A stretch of 64,000 bases of DNA, taken from NCBI RefSeq assembly GCF_006345805.1, contig NC_043005.1, positions 3,844,001 through 3,908,000 on the forward strand, in the 5' to 3' direction. Numbering within the stretch: position 1 is the stretch's first letter; every line of letters starts with the position of its first letter. Source of the stretch: Octopus sinensis (taxonomy: Eukaryota). Positions 49,211 to 62,860 of this stretch are shown here, piece after piece. Position numbers and translations under genes: made by a program. The notes beneath the pieces are model-generated. The model ran no database searches and was not told the origin of the DNA. It worked only from the letters and a program-made list of their open reading frames with translations.

Positions 49211-49517
49211 ATGTGAGATGGTTAACTAGAGGGAAATATTAGAGTTCAATATGAGGAGTTATTTGGAAAAGGAAGGAAATAAGGAGTATACAGGGAAATA
49301 GGAGAATGACTGCAGAAATAAAAATAAAAAGGTATAAAGATGTTATAGATGCAGTTCCATTATCCAAAGAAAGTGGTTTTTAGAATTGGTAGAAATGCTT
49401 CTTGTCTGTGGTGTGTAAATTCCAATAGGAGTGGAGATGTAGATTCCATGTGCTGTTCATTCAAAGGGATCTTGTGGTGGGTAAAAATACATATCATCAT
49501 CATCATATATATATATA

Positions 49518-49781
49518 ATCATCATCATCAACATCGTTTAACATCTGTTTTCCATGCTGGCATGGGTTGGACAGTTCAACCAGAGTCTGGGAAGCCAGGG
49601 GGCTGCACCAGGCTCCAGTCTGATCTGGCAGTGTTTCTACAGCTGGATGCCCTTCCTAACACCAACCACTGCCAGATCAGGCTGGAGCCTGGTGCAGCCT
49701 CCTAGCTTCCCAGACCCCGGTTGAACCATCCAACCCATGCTAGCATGGAAAATGGACGTTAAACAATGATGATGATGATGA
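49518..49781. mobile_element. Head-to-head fold-back of two RTE 3' ends
   Basis: Arms 49518-49632 and 49667-49781, each with its own tail, fused at CACT microhomology. Confidence 0.8.
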
Positions 49782-49809
49782 TATATATATATATATATAT
49801 ATATGCCAA

Positions 49810-50203
49810 CCCCCTTTGCTTGTGAAGACATGTTGGGGCAAGCGAAATCGAAATCGAATTGAACCAGCCAGGATCCCTGGTCTGGTGGTATGTAAAAAGC
49901 ACTATCCGACTCGTGGCCGATGCCAGCACCGCCTCGACTGGCTTCCGTGCCGGTGGCACATAAAATACACCAATCTGACCGTGGCCGTTGCCAGCCTCGC
50001 CTGGCACCTGTGCAGGTGGCACGTAAAAAGCACCCACTACACTCACGGAGTGGTTGGCGTTAGGAAGGGCATCCAGCTGTAGAAACATTGCCAGATTAGA
50101 CTGGAGCCTGGTGCAGATTTCTGGCTTCCCAGACCCCCGGTCGAACCGTCCAACCCATGCTAGCATGGAGAACGGACGTTAAACGATGATGATGATGATG
50201 ATG
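49810..50203 (+). mobile_element. RTE 3'UTR fragment
   Basis: VNTR units, core and (GAT)n tail. Confidence 0.85.
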
Positions 50204-50544
50204 ATATATAATGCTCTTAGCTTAGACTATTTTGGGGACAACCAGATAGAACCATCTCAAGTGTAACTGCCTGAAACAGTAGTGACTTCTGGTACTTGAC
50301 TGATGAAATAAAATCAAGAGTGACCCGTCTTTTTTGCCTTTACTTCTAATTATTGTTTCCCTTGTCCGCCTTTGTATCATCTAATTGTTCGTACATTTTA
50401 ATGCCCTCTACTGCGTTTCTGCTCCATTTATATATATATATAAATGTATATATTTTCTTTAGTCATTGATTGCATGGTAATCGCTATAAGCTTTAAGCTT
50501 ATAAAATACTATTACTATTATTTACAGATATATATATATTTTTG

Positions 50545-50870
50545 TGACCCCCTTCGGTCACGACACTGACCATGGGATTGCACCTAGAAAGTTACCCTCC
50601 TAGTCACAAGTCTGGGCATGGTTGTTTATGGAAGACCAGCAGTCGCCCATGCATACCGACCTCCCCTCTCCATGCCACCAGTGTTATCCAAGGGAAAGGC
50701 AAAGGCCGATACAGCTTGGCACCTGTGACGTCGCAACTCATTTCTACAGCTGAGTTAACTGGAGCAACGTGAAATAAAGTGTCTTGCTTAAGAACACAAC
50801 ACGCAGCCCGGTCCGGGATTCGAGCTCACAACCTCACGATCGTAAGCTCGACGCTCTAACCACTGAGCCA
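50545..50870 (-). mobile_element. tRNA-headed SINE
   Basis: Minus strand TGGCTCAGTGGTTAGAGCG...GAGCTCGAATCCC (A/B boxes) followed by an AGCAAGACACTTTATTTCACGTTGCTCCAG core. Confidence 0.75.
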
Positions 50871-51694
50871 TATATATATAGATTTCTTTCTTTATTTGTT
50901 TATATACATTCTGCACACACAAACATATAAAAACACACATATATAAGACCATACACATTCTTCTTATACGCACACACACACAAATTCCTTGTCTCTTTTT
51001 GCTTTCTTATTTCTAGAAGTGTAGGAAGACCAAATTAGTGAAAGAACTGTGCATGCACACACACACACACACCATGCCAATGTGACTGATGCATCCACTA
51101 TCACCGCCACCACCACCACCACCAATATATGGCCACATTAGCAAAAACAAATAATTCTTGCCACTAATTCATTTAAACCAGACATCTTTTAACCGCTGTT
51201 CCACCCCTCTCCCTAACTTTTAATTGTCCCTTTTTTTAAAAAATAAACATGGCCTTGGTTTTCTAATCTAGAACATCTGTAGAAAAAAGAAAAAAAAACT
51301 GATAAACATTAAGGGATCTACAGCTGCATTGTGCAGCACATTTGGTTTGCGTATTTAAATATATTTCATTTGCATTTGGAATATATAAATGTGTGTGTTG
51401 TGTGTGTGTGTGTGTGTGTGGCTTTATGAATTACTCTTTCATTTGTAATAAATATATAAGTCATTTAAAAAGCACAGAAAACTGAAACAAACGGTATATC
51501 AAAGTAAGGGAAATAAAAAAAAGCAGAATTGCAAATGTAAGTGATGTGTGTGTGTGTGTGTGTGTGAACAAAAACAACAGCACCTGAAATATTCTAACAC
51601 AAGTGTCTTACTTCAAAAAGTTTTTTGAATTTTAAATAAATGAATAGAAATAAATTAGAACAAATTTTAAATTAATTTTCCCTCTCTCCCTCTT

Positions 51695-51725
<31 letters not shown>

Positions 51726-53005
51726 TGTTTTTCTTAGACACTGAATCGATGATATTCAAAACAGAAATGTATATACATACACACATATATATATCATCAT
51801 CATCATCATCATCATCGTTTAATATCCTCCTTCCATGCTGGCATGGGTTGGACAGTTTGACGGGACCTGGCCAGGCTTGAACCTGCATCAGACTTCTGTG
51901 TCTGTTTTGGCATGGCTTTTACAGCTGGATGCCCTTCCTAACACCAACCACCATCCATTTTACAAGCTAACATGGGTTGGTCAGTATGACAGGAGCTGAC
52001 CAGTTGGGGAGTTGTCCAGACTGCAATTGTCTGCTGTAGAATGGTTTCTATGGTAACCAGCCATAGAAACCATGCTACATATATATTATGTGTGTATGCA
52101 CAGATGTATGTATGTGCATGTGTGTATGTATGTGTGTGTATGTATATATCTGTCTCTGTGTGTGTGTGTGTGTGTGTCTGTATAAGCATTAAAAAAGTTA
52201 TGTAGGAGCTTTAAAAAAATCCACACAAAAATTAAAAACTTGCCAAATTACTTGCCATGAAGAAGAGAAGTGTAAGGTTTCGAGCAGAGCCCTTTCTGGA
52301 AGGGAGATTAAACGTAAACATTGGTAAACATTTCATCTCAACGAAGGGTTCTGTGAGAAATGTTAAACCTCTCCTCTTTCTGTTAGTAAAATGATTTATT
52401 TTGTTTGCACAGTTTTTTTTATATGATTTATTGACAGACACCATCACAGAGTTCCTTGGTTTCTATTCCATTCCAAAATGGTTTGATATTAGTTTGCGTC
52501 TGGTTAAGCAGAAAGACTATACAATGTGCATGCGTGCAATTATCATTATTTAAAAACTTCAAACGATGTGTATGGATGAGGACAGCTGTGTAAAGAAACC
52601 TCTAATTGTGGAGGGGACCTATGGAAAGGGTTGATCCAGGAAGACATGGGACAAAGTGGGTGAGAAAGGGTCTTTGGACAATGGGCCTCACTGGGGAAAT
52701 GACAAGGGACCAAGAGTTGTGGTGATTTGCCGTAGTTGAGAAGATGTGCCAAGCTAAGTAAAATTTCATACATGCCATGTGTCATGTTAAATGTGGTGCA
52801 CAATATGCACATTGAAAACCCCCAGCAGGCTGTGTAAAGTGGCTGGTGTTAGGAAGGGCATCCAGCTGTAGAAACCATTCCAGACAACTGGAGCCTGGAC
52901 AGCTCCACAGCTGGCTAGCTCTTGTCAAACTGTCCAACCCATGCTAGCATGGAAAATGGACATTAAATGATGAAGATGATCTCTCTGTCTGTCTGTCTCT
53001 CTCTT

Positions 53006-53036
<31 letters not shown>

Positions 53037-54355
53037 CACACACATGCATGCACATGAATACACACACACACACACACAATGACCATCTTCACACACTCTT
53101 CTCCCAAGAATCCACTTGCTCTTTGTCTTTCCACTTCCGGTCACTTTAGAAATGTAGCCACATGTGGACAGTTGGTGATTTTTTCCTTTCTCCTTCTTCT
53201 CTGGACTTTTCCCTTTCTCCTTTCCAACAAAGAGCCTTGCTCGAAACATTAAAAACTCTCTCCTTTCACCAAGCGTGAAACTAATATAATTCTTGTGTAT
53301 GTCCTCACGTTCGTTGTCGTTTCTTCTTTTTGCTTTTTTTTTTAGTTTTTGAATTTTGTTCATTCAATTGACTATACATGACATATATATAGTTGTAATA
53401 ATGAAGTCAAACCATCATCATCATCACCATCGTTTACCATCCATTTTCGATGCTGGCATGGGTTGGATGGCTTGACGGAGGACTAGCAAGTCAGGGAGCT
53501 GCACACGGCTCCAGTCTGATCTGGCAAGGCTTCTACAGCTGGATGTAGAAGTTGTGGTGGTGAATGCGTAAATCGAGCCAGGACAGGAGACAAACAAGAA
53601 GACATCTTCCTTGTTCCAGCTACAATAGAGAGAAAGAAAGATGGCCAATGGTCTATATATGAGGATGATGATGATGATGATATGTGTGGGGTGGTGGTGG
53701 TGGTGACATTTTCAGATTTTTCTCCAGTTCAGCATAGATATTTTCATATTCATTAATCTTGAACATTACCTTAGCATCTTCTGGGAAACAAATTTCCACT
53801 GCTGTGCACAATTTCTTTCCCCTGGCTCCATTGCTGGGATTACCTATAGGCTTGGTAGGCTGGAGTCAAGAGCCTCAAAATCTAGAGGGCTTGCAGCTAT
53901 TATGTATACGATCTTGACATTTTCATAGACCCTTTGGGAGAGAGGTTCACAAAGGAAATAGTCTAAGGTCTCTCTTCATCTAAATCCAGTATTGTCTGTC
54001 CCATATTATCATGTCTGGTCTGTTATGCTTGCATTTTACTAAAGTCTTAACAGGAATATTTCACCAGCATTCTTTCATATGAGTTATTATATCCTCCACA
54101 TTACAGACACACATACATGCATGCAAGTGTGTGTATGTTCTGTGTTGAGGAGGAATCACAGCTGAAAAATATATAATAAAATGATAGAAGTTATTTAAGA
54201 ATCGTTTTCACATTTACCCAGCCCTACTTACACACAATATATGTGTGTATCATGCATGTGGCATGAGTAAATACTCAGGGTAGGTTATAGGTATTAAAAT
54301 AAATTGCTGACAAACGGTCAACTCTTTATGGGACAATCACACACATACACATAAC

Positions 54356-54506
54356 TTATTTTGGTCGAGTCAGTCTCTTGCTATTCTGAGTCTCACCTGT
54401 AAGTGCAGGGTATCTTCAAATAAGTTATGAATCATAATTTACCTGAAGATCCTGTGCATCCACAAGTGAAACTCAGAGTAGCAAGAGACTAACTTGACCA
54501 AAATAA
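54356..54506. mobile_element. 151-bp palindromic element with a hammerhead-like core
   Basis: ~75-bp arms around a single A (54431). The right arm has CTGAAGA (54443-49), hairpin CTGTG-CATC-CACAAG, then GAAAC-TCAGA-GTA. Confidence 0.7.
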
Positions 54507-54630
54507 AATATTATTAATCTCTATTACAGTATTGAGTACAACCAATATTCAGCACTGAACAGCTATATGTGTGTATGCATGTATGCATGTATGTATGTAT
54601 GTGTGTGTATGTATGCCTGTATATATATAT

Positions 54631-55083
54631 ATCATCATCATCATCGTTTAATGTCCGCTTTCTATGCTAGCATGGGTTGGACGATTTGACTGAGGACTGG
54701 CAAACCAGATGGCTGCACCAGGTTCCAATCTGATCTGGCAGTTTCTACAGCTGGATGCCCTTCCTAACACCAACCACTCCGAGAGTGTAGTGGGTGCTTT
54801 TAAAGTGCCACCGGCACGAGGGCCAGTCTGGCGGTACTGGCAATGGCCACGCTCGAAAATGATGTTTTTTACGTGCCACTTACACAGGAGTCAGTCCAGT
54901 GGCACTGGCAACAGCCTCACTCAAATGTTTTGTTCACGTACCACCGGCACAAGTGCCAGTGAGGCAACACTGACAACAATCACGCTCAAATGACTTTGGT
55001 TCAATTTCGATTTCGATTTCACTTGCCTCAACAGATCTTCACAAGCAGAGTTTTGTGTCCAAAGAAGGAAAGGTATGCATAAG
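54631..55083 (-). mobile_element. RTE 3'UTR fragment
   Basis: Matches the layout of 6455-7021 in reverse. Confidence 0.85.
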
Positions 55084-55149
55084 TTACGCCCCCGTAACTT
55101 AGCGGTTCGGCAAAAGAGACTGATAGAATAAGTAATAGGCTTACAAACA

Positions 55150-55173
55150 TCACACACACATATATATATGTAA

Positions 55174-55223
<50 letters not shown>

Positions 55224-55237
55224 TATTATATATATAT

Positions 55238-55273
<36 letters not shown>

Positions 55274-55300
55274 CATACATACATACATATATATATATAA

Positions 55301-55347
<47 letters not shown>

Positions 55348-55367
55348 ATATAATATATATATATATA

Positions 55368-55460
<93 letters not shown>
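55150..55460. repeat. Long (AT)n microsatellite
   Basis: Seen directly. Confidence 0.95.
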
Positions 55461-55469
55461 CATGTATAT

Positions 55470-55682
55470 GTTTGTGTGTCTGTGTTTGTTCCCCCAACAT
55501 TGCTTGGCAACTGATGCCAGTGTGTTTACGCCCCCGTAACTTAGTGGTTCGGCAAAAGAGACTGATAGAATAAGTAATAGGCTTACAAAGAATAAGTCCT
55601 GGGATCGATTTGTTCGACTAAAGGCGGTGCTCCAGAATGGCCGCAGTCAAATGACTGAAACAAGTAAAAGAATAAAAGAATA
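55470..55682 (+). mobile_element. SINE family B 3' half
   Basis: Homology to the other family-B copies. Confidence 0.8.
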
Positions 55683-56442
55683 CACGCACACACACACAAT
55701 GGAATGGGCTGAGGTGAAATGGTATAAAAGATGATAATAATCTGGTGTGACAGCAGGAGTAAAATTTCATTGTGAAATGTTTGAAAGCCAGCTTGATAGG
55801 AGAAGCCATATATCTCTTAACGGCTGCTCTTTGCTTGTCATATGGCTGCCATCTTGTATCAAATTGCATTCTCTTATTGTTTTTTTTTTTCCATACTATT
55901 TTACTTTTTCTTCTTCCCTTTCTGGCACTATCGTTGCTGTTCCCACTCTTCTAGTTCAACTACTCTTACTTATAGTAGTAGTAGTAGTATTATCATTAGT
56001 GTTAGTATTAGTAGTGGTAGGGGCCAAGATGCATTATACAGCTGTATGGAATATGTGTGCGGATCAGTTTAAGCCGTTCAGTTTTCTTAACATTAAAACA
56101 TCGTTTGCCTTCACCACCCTCAGGGTTTTGCATATAACCTTTTTCTTTGCATGTTGTTTTTGTTGTTGTTGTTTCTTTGTCACTTGGAAGCCATCTGGTG
56201 AGGCAGTGTGGTGAATGTAACGTTGATTGCTTATTCAACCTTTACTGTTATGTTAGATTCGATCGGGGAAAGACAATGAAGAAGTACATGAAATTCAGTT
56301 TATATACACACGTACATGCATACAATAAACATACACATGCACATACACTCACAGTTATATATGCATACATGTTGGTGTGTGTGTACATGTGATGTGTATA
56401 TGTGTGTGTGTACACCCCACACACACACATACCTATATGTAA

Positions 56443-56486
<44 letters not shown>

Positions 56487-56587
56487 ATGTATGTATGTAT
56501 ATAAAGCAAGGGAAAAGAAAAATGAGGTTATATACACCTATTTCCTACATCAACTTAAAAGTTTGAGTGTGCGCGCGCGCATGTGTA

Positions 56588-57249
56588 CAGGGTGCGATGG
56601 GTAAATTGTTGCCATTTTATATTTTTAATTTCATGCTTGCGCATTGTTTGTTTTTGATTTTGTTGACTACACAGTATAGTAAGGTCAGTTGGGCACTGTC
56701 TGTGAGAAAAACAGCAACGTGACACAATTCAATTTGTCAGAAATTTGGAAACAACATGCTGTACTGCTTGGCATTCATGCCAGAAGCTCCAATATGAACA
56801 TTTCAGAGTGTTTGGGTGTCAATCTGAGGACATGTACAGAGAGTGATAAGAATCAATCATCCAGTCAACATCAGGTGTTTGAAGTGGTCACTAGTGATGG
56901 CAATGCTATGCCTCCATTCATCTTCTCACATGGCCTCAGACACAACATGGAGGTCTACATCAAGTGCCTGGTGGAGGTAGTGCAGCCCTGGGTCAAGAGG
57001 GTGGGTGTTGGAAGTCCCTATGTCTGGCAACAGGACTCTGCACTATGCCACACAAGCAGGAGAACCCAGTTATGGCAGTCAGACAATTTCTGTGACTGCA
57101 TCACCCCTAACATCTGGCCACCTAACTCCCCGCAATGCAACTCCCTTAATTATTATGTGTGGGGCACAGTGGAGCAAGAGACCAACAAAACTCCTTGTAA
57201 CACCAAAGATGAACTGAAGGCAAGGATTATGGCAGCATTCATCAACTTA
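56588..57249 (+). mobile_element. DD37D (maT-like) deletion derivative, copy B (3' truncated)
   Basis: TA-CAGGGTGCGATGGGTAAATTG terminus. QQD is followed by 37 residues to the position of the third Asp (N here, D in copy A). Confidence 0.85.
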
Positions 57250-57339
57250 CATATATATATATATCATCATCATACATACATACATACATACATATATATA
57301 TATATATCATCATCATCATACATACATACATACATATAT

Positions 57340-58572
57340 ATATCATCATCATCATCATTTAATGTTCATTTTCCCTGCTGGCATGGGTTGGACGGTTTGA
57401 CTGAGATCTGGAGAGCCAGCAGCTGCACCAGGCTCCAATCTGATCTGGTAATGTTTCTACAGCTGGATGCCCTTCCTAACGCCAACCACTCCAAGAGTCT
57501 AATGGGTGCTTTTTACATGCCACCAGCACAGGAACCAGTTAGGCAGGCCTGGCATTGATCCCATTCGGATAGTGCTTTTTACGTGCCAATGACACGGGAG
57601 CCAGAAAGGGCATACTGGCATTGGCTATGTTCGGACGGTGCTTTACACACACGTTATATATTATGTGTGTGTGTGTGCATGCATAAATTTAATTCTTTTC
57701 CCATATTCAAGGCTTTCATGAAGCTATAGGGGGTTATTCAAGTGCTCAGCTTTGGGTCCACTGCATCTTATAAGCAGAAACAGCAATAAGCTAATGAAGT
57801 TCATATACATACATACATATATATATATATATCATCATCATCATCATCATCGTTTAGCGTCCGCTTTCCATGCTAGCATGGGTTGGACGGGTCAACTGGG
57901 GTCTGTGAAGCTGGAAGGCTTCGTCGGCCCAGTCAGATCTGGCAGTGTTTCTACGGCTGGATGCCCTTCCTAACGCCAACCACTCCGCGAGTGTAGTGGG
58001 TGTTTTTTACGTGCCACCTGCACAGGTGCCAGACAGAGCTGGCGAACGGCCACGAACGGATGGTGCTTTTACGTGTCACCGGCACGGGGCCAGATATATA
58101 TATATATATATATACATACATACATACATAGGCACCATTTGAGTGTGATCGTTACCAGCCTCGCCTTACTGGCACTTGTGCCCTGTGCTAGTAGGGTACC
58201 AAGAGCACCATCTGAGCATGAATGTTGCCAGAGCAGCTAACTGGCTTCTGTGCTGTTGGTATGTGTAAAAAACAAAATTCGAGCGAGGTTGTTACCAGCA
58301 TCACCTTACTGGCACCTGTGCCAGTGGCATGTGTAAAAGATTCGAGCGAGGTCATTGCCAGTACCACCTGACTGGCCCTGTGCCGGTGGCACGTAGAAGC
58401 GCCCACTACACTCTCAGAGTGGTTGGCGTTAGGAAGGGCATTCAGCCGTAGAATCTCTGCCAGATCAAGACTGAAGCCTGGTGCAGCCATCTGGTTCGCC
58501 AGCCCTCAGTCAAACCATCCAACCCATGCTAGCATGGAAAGCGGATGTTAAACGATGAAGATGATGATGATG
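57340..58572. mobile_element. Cluster of three RTE 3' fragments (57340-57645 minus, 57831-58093 minus, 58130-58572 plus)
   Basis: Each has the core and tail; the last two are head-to-head around an (AT)n spacer. Confidence 0.85.
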
Positions 58573-60710
58573 ACATACATATACATATACACATGCATTG
58601 CATACATGCAAAGAGAAGAACTACAGTTTTTGTATCCAAGCTCACAATTTTCCTTTGTATCTATTATCATAGGTGCAGTAGGCTATACAACAACAGATCT
58701 GCATAACAATTCAGAAATGCATAAATATTCTTTGATTCTCCAAAAAACAAAAACAGACCAGATTGGTTCATATTCCCTAGATACCATTGATTAGATGTGG
58801 AGTAAAAATCAGTAAAACATTCCAGGGATTCTTAATTTTAAGTTCCTGGGTGAATAATATTCACACAATCCCATGTACATGGAGAATATAGAAGCATATA
58901 CATGCACAGTCTGGGATACAAAATGCACACTTATGTTCTAATGTGATACATACGTGCATCCACTACATGAATGTAGGTTTATCCACATGCACACACACAC
59001 ACACACACAGGCATTTATGCATACAATCCAGGTAACCACAAATCTCAAGAGTTGTCTTAAGTTAAACAAAAGAGCCTGGTCATTTTGTTAATGATTGGAA
59101 GGAAGTTTGGAAATTTTAAGCCCCAAAGAAGCACAGACGCCTCATACATGAATGTGTTACAACAAGGGGCCTAAAGTCAAAGAGAGCCCATCTATGTGTT
59201 GCTCGACTTGTTAGGAATAACAGCTGAATCTCTTTCAAACCACACCATACCATCTTAAACAATGGCCAATGCAGTGTGCTTTGATATATACCTGTAAGCT
59301 AAGTGAAATCGTACTTGTCACAAGTGCTGGTGTTACATACAAGGCACCTTTGCTGGTGATACGGACAAAGCACCTGTGCCAGTGACATGTAAAAGGCACC
59401 TGTGCCAGTGGCACTTAAGACATCAAGTACACTCTATAGAGTGGTTGGCATTAGAAAGGACATCCAGCTGTAGAAACCAAACCAAAATGGATTGGAGCCT
59501 AGTGCAGCTCTATGACTGACTGGTTCCAGTCCATGGAAAAGGGACACTAAATGATGACGATGATGGTGATGATGATGATGATGTAAACATAGGATGGTCA
59601 CATAGGTTTGCTTTATCAAAAGAGACATGGGGACTAAACAACAACAGCTACTACTACTACTACTACCGCTTCTATGAACCCTTCTTCAGCAGCAGAACAA
59701 AGGGAAAGGTTTCAGTAATAGTGCATCAATATTTTTGTTTTTGGGGTCAAATTAAATTGCCATTGAGTGAGGCCCTACCTATACATACCTCTTGGGTGTG
59801 ACCTATTGCAGATAAGATATGAAATTTCTCATGTCAAGCAGGGTGAAATATTTATTTTTCGATAGGAGAAGCCTAAAGAAAATAGATCCCATGTGTTGAA
59901 GATTTCAGAAAGTCATCCTTCATTTTATTATTCTTTTTACATCATTTCATTGCAATTTAATTTTTGCTTTATCATATTTAAATTATTTAATAATAATAAA
60001 TACTTTATCACAATAAAATAGAACATTTTCTTGAAATCAATTGAAAATAATCCTCATTTTTGAATTCACTAAAATTTGAAAACCAACTAAAAAATTATAA
60101 ATAACAGTACAAGCATGGCTGGGTGGTTAAGAAGTTAGCTTTGCAATCATAAAGTTTTGAGTTCAATTTCATTGTGTGACACCTTGGGCATTTTATTTTT
60201 CCTTCTATTGCCCCAGGGCTGATCAAAGCTTTGAGATTGAATATGCTGGAGGAAAACTATATGGAAGCACATCAGGTGCGAGAGTTGTGTATAAGGTTAA
60301 GCGCTTTATGGATGGGAATCCATTGGTCACTCTATGGCTGGCCATATAATCAAACTCCTGTAAATATATATATAGAATTCTATTAAAAAGCCTGTGTACA
60401 CACACACACACACAGATGTAGAAGTGTGTGTGTGTGAATTTTTATTGTATCTCTTGCCCTCAGGTTACCTCAACTCATTATTGACAGGATGTTGTGTATT
60501 ATATTATATTATGTTATACTATGTTATATTATATTATACATCTAATGTTAATATTTCTCTAAGATTATTATTTTGTAATACATTCATTTTAATATTTTTT
60601 TTTTTTGCTTTTGAGGGGATATTGCTACATATTGAAACAACCGTATAATTAATAGGTGATGCTTCATTAATAAAGTATTCCATGAATATATGTACATACG
60701 ACTGCACGCG

Positions 60711-60741
<31 letters not shown>

Positions 60742-61239
60742 ATGCATACACACAGACTGGGTCTGTATTATAGGAAATTTGACAACCCTACCGTTCTCCT
60801 TCATATTTCATCTACAAACCCCTAATCTTTTTTTACTTATTTCATCACCACAAACCTATTAAAATGCTATTATTGATCTTATTTAATCCCAAGATGGCCC
60901 TGATCAAGCAGATCTGTGATCAAAATCAGCTTATTAGGGATTATCTGGTGTGTCCTTTATTTTATAAGACTGTATGTGTGATTTGAGGGAGATTTAGATG
61001 CTATTTCTTTCAGGTGGAGCAATCTATATGCAAGGTCCTGTGTGAGATTGACTATTAAACAAGAATTTCTGTAGTTTTGGGACCTTCAACATTTAAAGGA
61101 TGGTACTGTTAAAGAGACCCCGTTATCTCATTGGTGAAACAGTACTGAAGGGTGATAAGGGCAGGGCTTATGGCTGACATTTCACGTTCAGAAACTTAAA
61201 ATATATACACACAGCTGCGCACATGCTTCCCCCCCCTCC

Positions 61240-61560
61240 ACCGTGCCAATGCCGCCGCTACCACCACCATCACCACTATCATCATCGATATTATCAGATC
61301 ACTACCACCACCACCACCACCGCCGCCATCATCACCATCAACACCACCACCACCACCACCGCCGCCATCATCACCATCAACACCACCACCATCACCAACA
61401 TCACCATCAATATCATCAACATCATTAGCACCACCAACATTAAAATACCGCCACCAGCATCACCACCATCACCATAAGTATCTCCACCAATAGTAGTAAT
61501 AGAACCACTACCACCCCACTAGCATCAACATCAGCACCATCAGCACAACAAACATCAACT
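61240..61560. repeat. (CAC/CAT)n microsatellite
   Basis: Seen directly; it explains the poly-His and poly-Thr ORFs. Confidence 0.9.
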
Positions 61561-62199
61561 TCACCTGGCACCTTTGAGTGCCTTTAGTGGGTCCACTCCC
61601 TTGTAAGCATTCAGACCCTATCTCCAGTTTGGAGATAATTCCCTCGCACCACTCACAGAGCCCCTTAAAAGTATTCCATGAATGATGGGAGTCCTTTTCT
61701 GGGTCACAGACAGTACACTTCTTCCTCTGAGTAAGGTGCTAATTAAAAAATAAAAGATTAATGAATTTTAAATTTGCCTCACATGTTTGAAAGAGTAATA
61801 AGAATGTCTTCTAATGAAAGAAAGCCCAAAGTTCATAATTTCTCATGGAAAAAACAAAAAATTTCCAAAAACGTGGAATTTAATTATATTCACAACATTC
61901 TCAATTGAATTTGTTAGGAAATACCAAAAAAACAAAAAAAAAAGACATTACTTCATTCAGGAATTGAACCCAGATTATAGCTTTTGCATAATTCAGGTAT
62001 ATCTTTATTTGATTATGCTAACCATTAAAACAATATATGATGTTTAACAGATGCACATTGTTTCACATTTATGAGGGGAACTGGCTCTCTATTGGTTATG
62101 GCAATGACAAGTGTCCTATTTGATCCGATCAACGGAACAGCCTGCTCATGAAGCTAATGTGCAAGTGGCTGAGCGCTCCACAGACATGCATACCCTTAA

Positions 62200-62421
62200 C
62201 CCATTAAGTACCAGAGTATTTAAATATCTGAATATTTAAAAATTTTACAGATGATTGAAAATAGGTTAAAATGAAAAAAAAAAAAATTATTAAAACTCCT
62301 TTGCTTCAAGTAGAAATGGAAATACTCGGTGTCCTATAAATAGGACACTGAGACAATGTGATATAGGTTATTTAATGTTCTCATTTAGTGTCCTATTTAT
62401 AGGACAGTGGGACTTAATGGG
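62200..62421. mobile_element. piggyBac-type MITE nested in a SINE (62085-62635, minus)
   Basis: TTAA on both sides; TIR CCCATTAAGT(A/C)CCA. Confidence 0.85.
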
Positions 62422-62860
62422 TTAATGCATTTTGTTCACAGGGAGATTCAGTAGGCACCGAATGCAACAAGGCTGGCCCTTTCAATTGCAGGTACAACTT
62501 ATTTTTGCCAGCTGAGTGGACTGCAGTAAAGTGAAATAAAGTGTCTTGCTCAAGGACACAAGGCACCACTGGGAATCGAACTCACAACCTTACAGCCATG
62601 AGCTGAATACCCTAACCAATAAACCATGTGCCTTCACAAGAGGAGGGAATAATCAGTTCTATAAACACCAACACTGGTATGTATTTTGTCAATGCCTACC
62701 TGCCCCAGAAAGGTAGGAAAGCAAAGACCAAAGACAGCCCAAGAATATATCTAAACATAGCAACATCATTCTGCTCAGAAAACAATAACAACAGCAAAGA
62801 ATTTTTGAAAAGTAAGACTTTTTTTTTTGTTTCTGCCCAGGAAAGAAATATAATTATTAA

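Noticed and set aside
50230-50330. Possible further hammerhead (GAAACAGTAGTG and CTGATGA nearby)
   Set aside because: There is no valid GUH triplet and no convincing stems; at most a heavily decayed relic.
60223-60411. Exon-like open frames on both strands with a strong plus-strand acceptor
   Set aside because: The acceptor and first ~50 nt are a decayed SINE-B segment; there is no independent support.
61223-61477. Poly-His/Thr ORFs
   Set aside because: Translation of a (CAC/CAT)n microsatellite.
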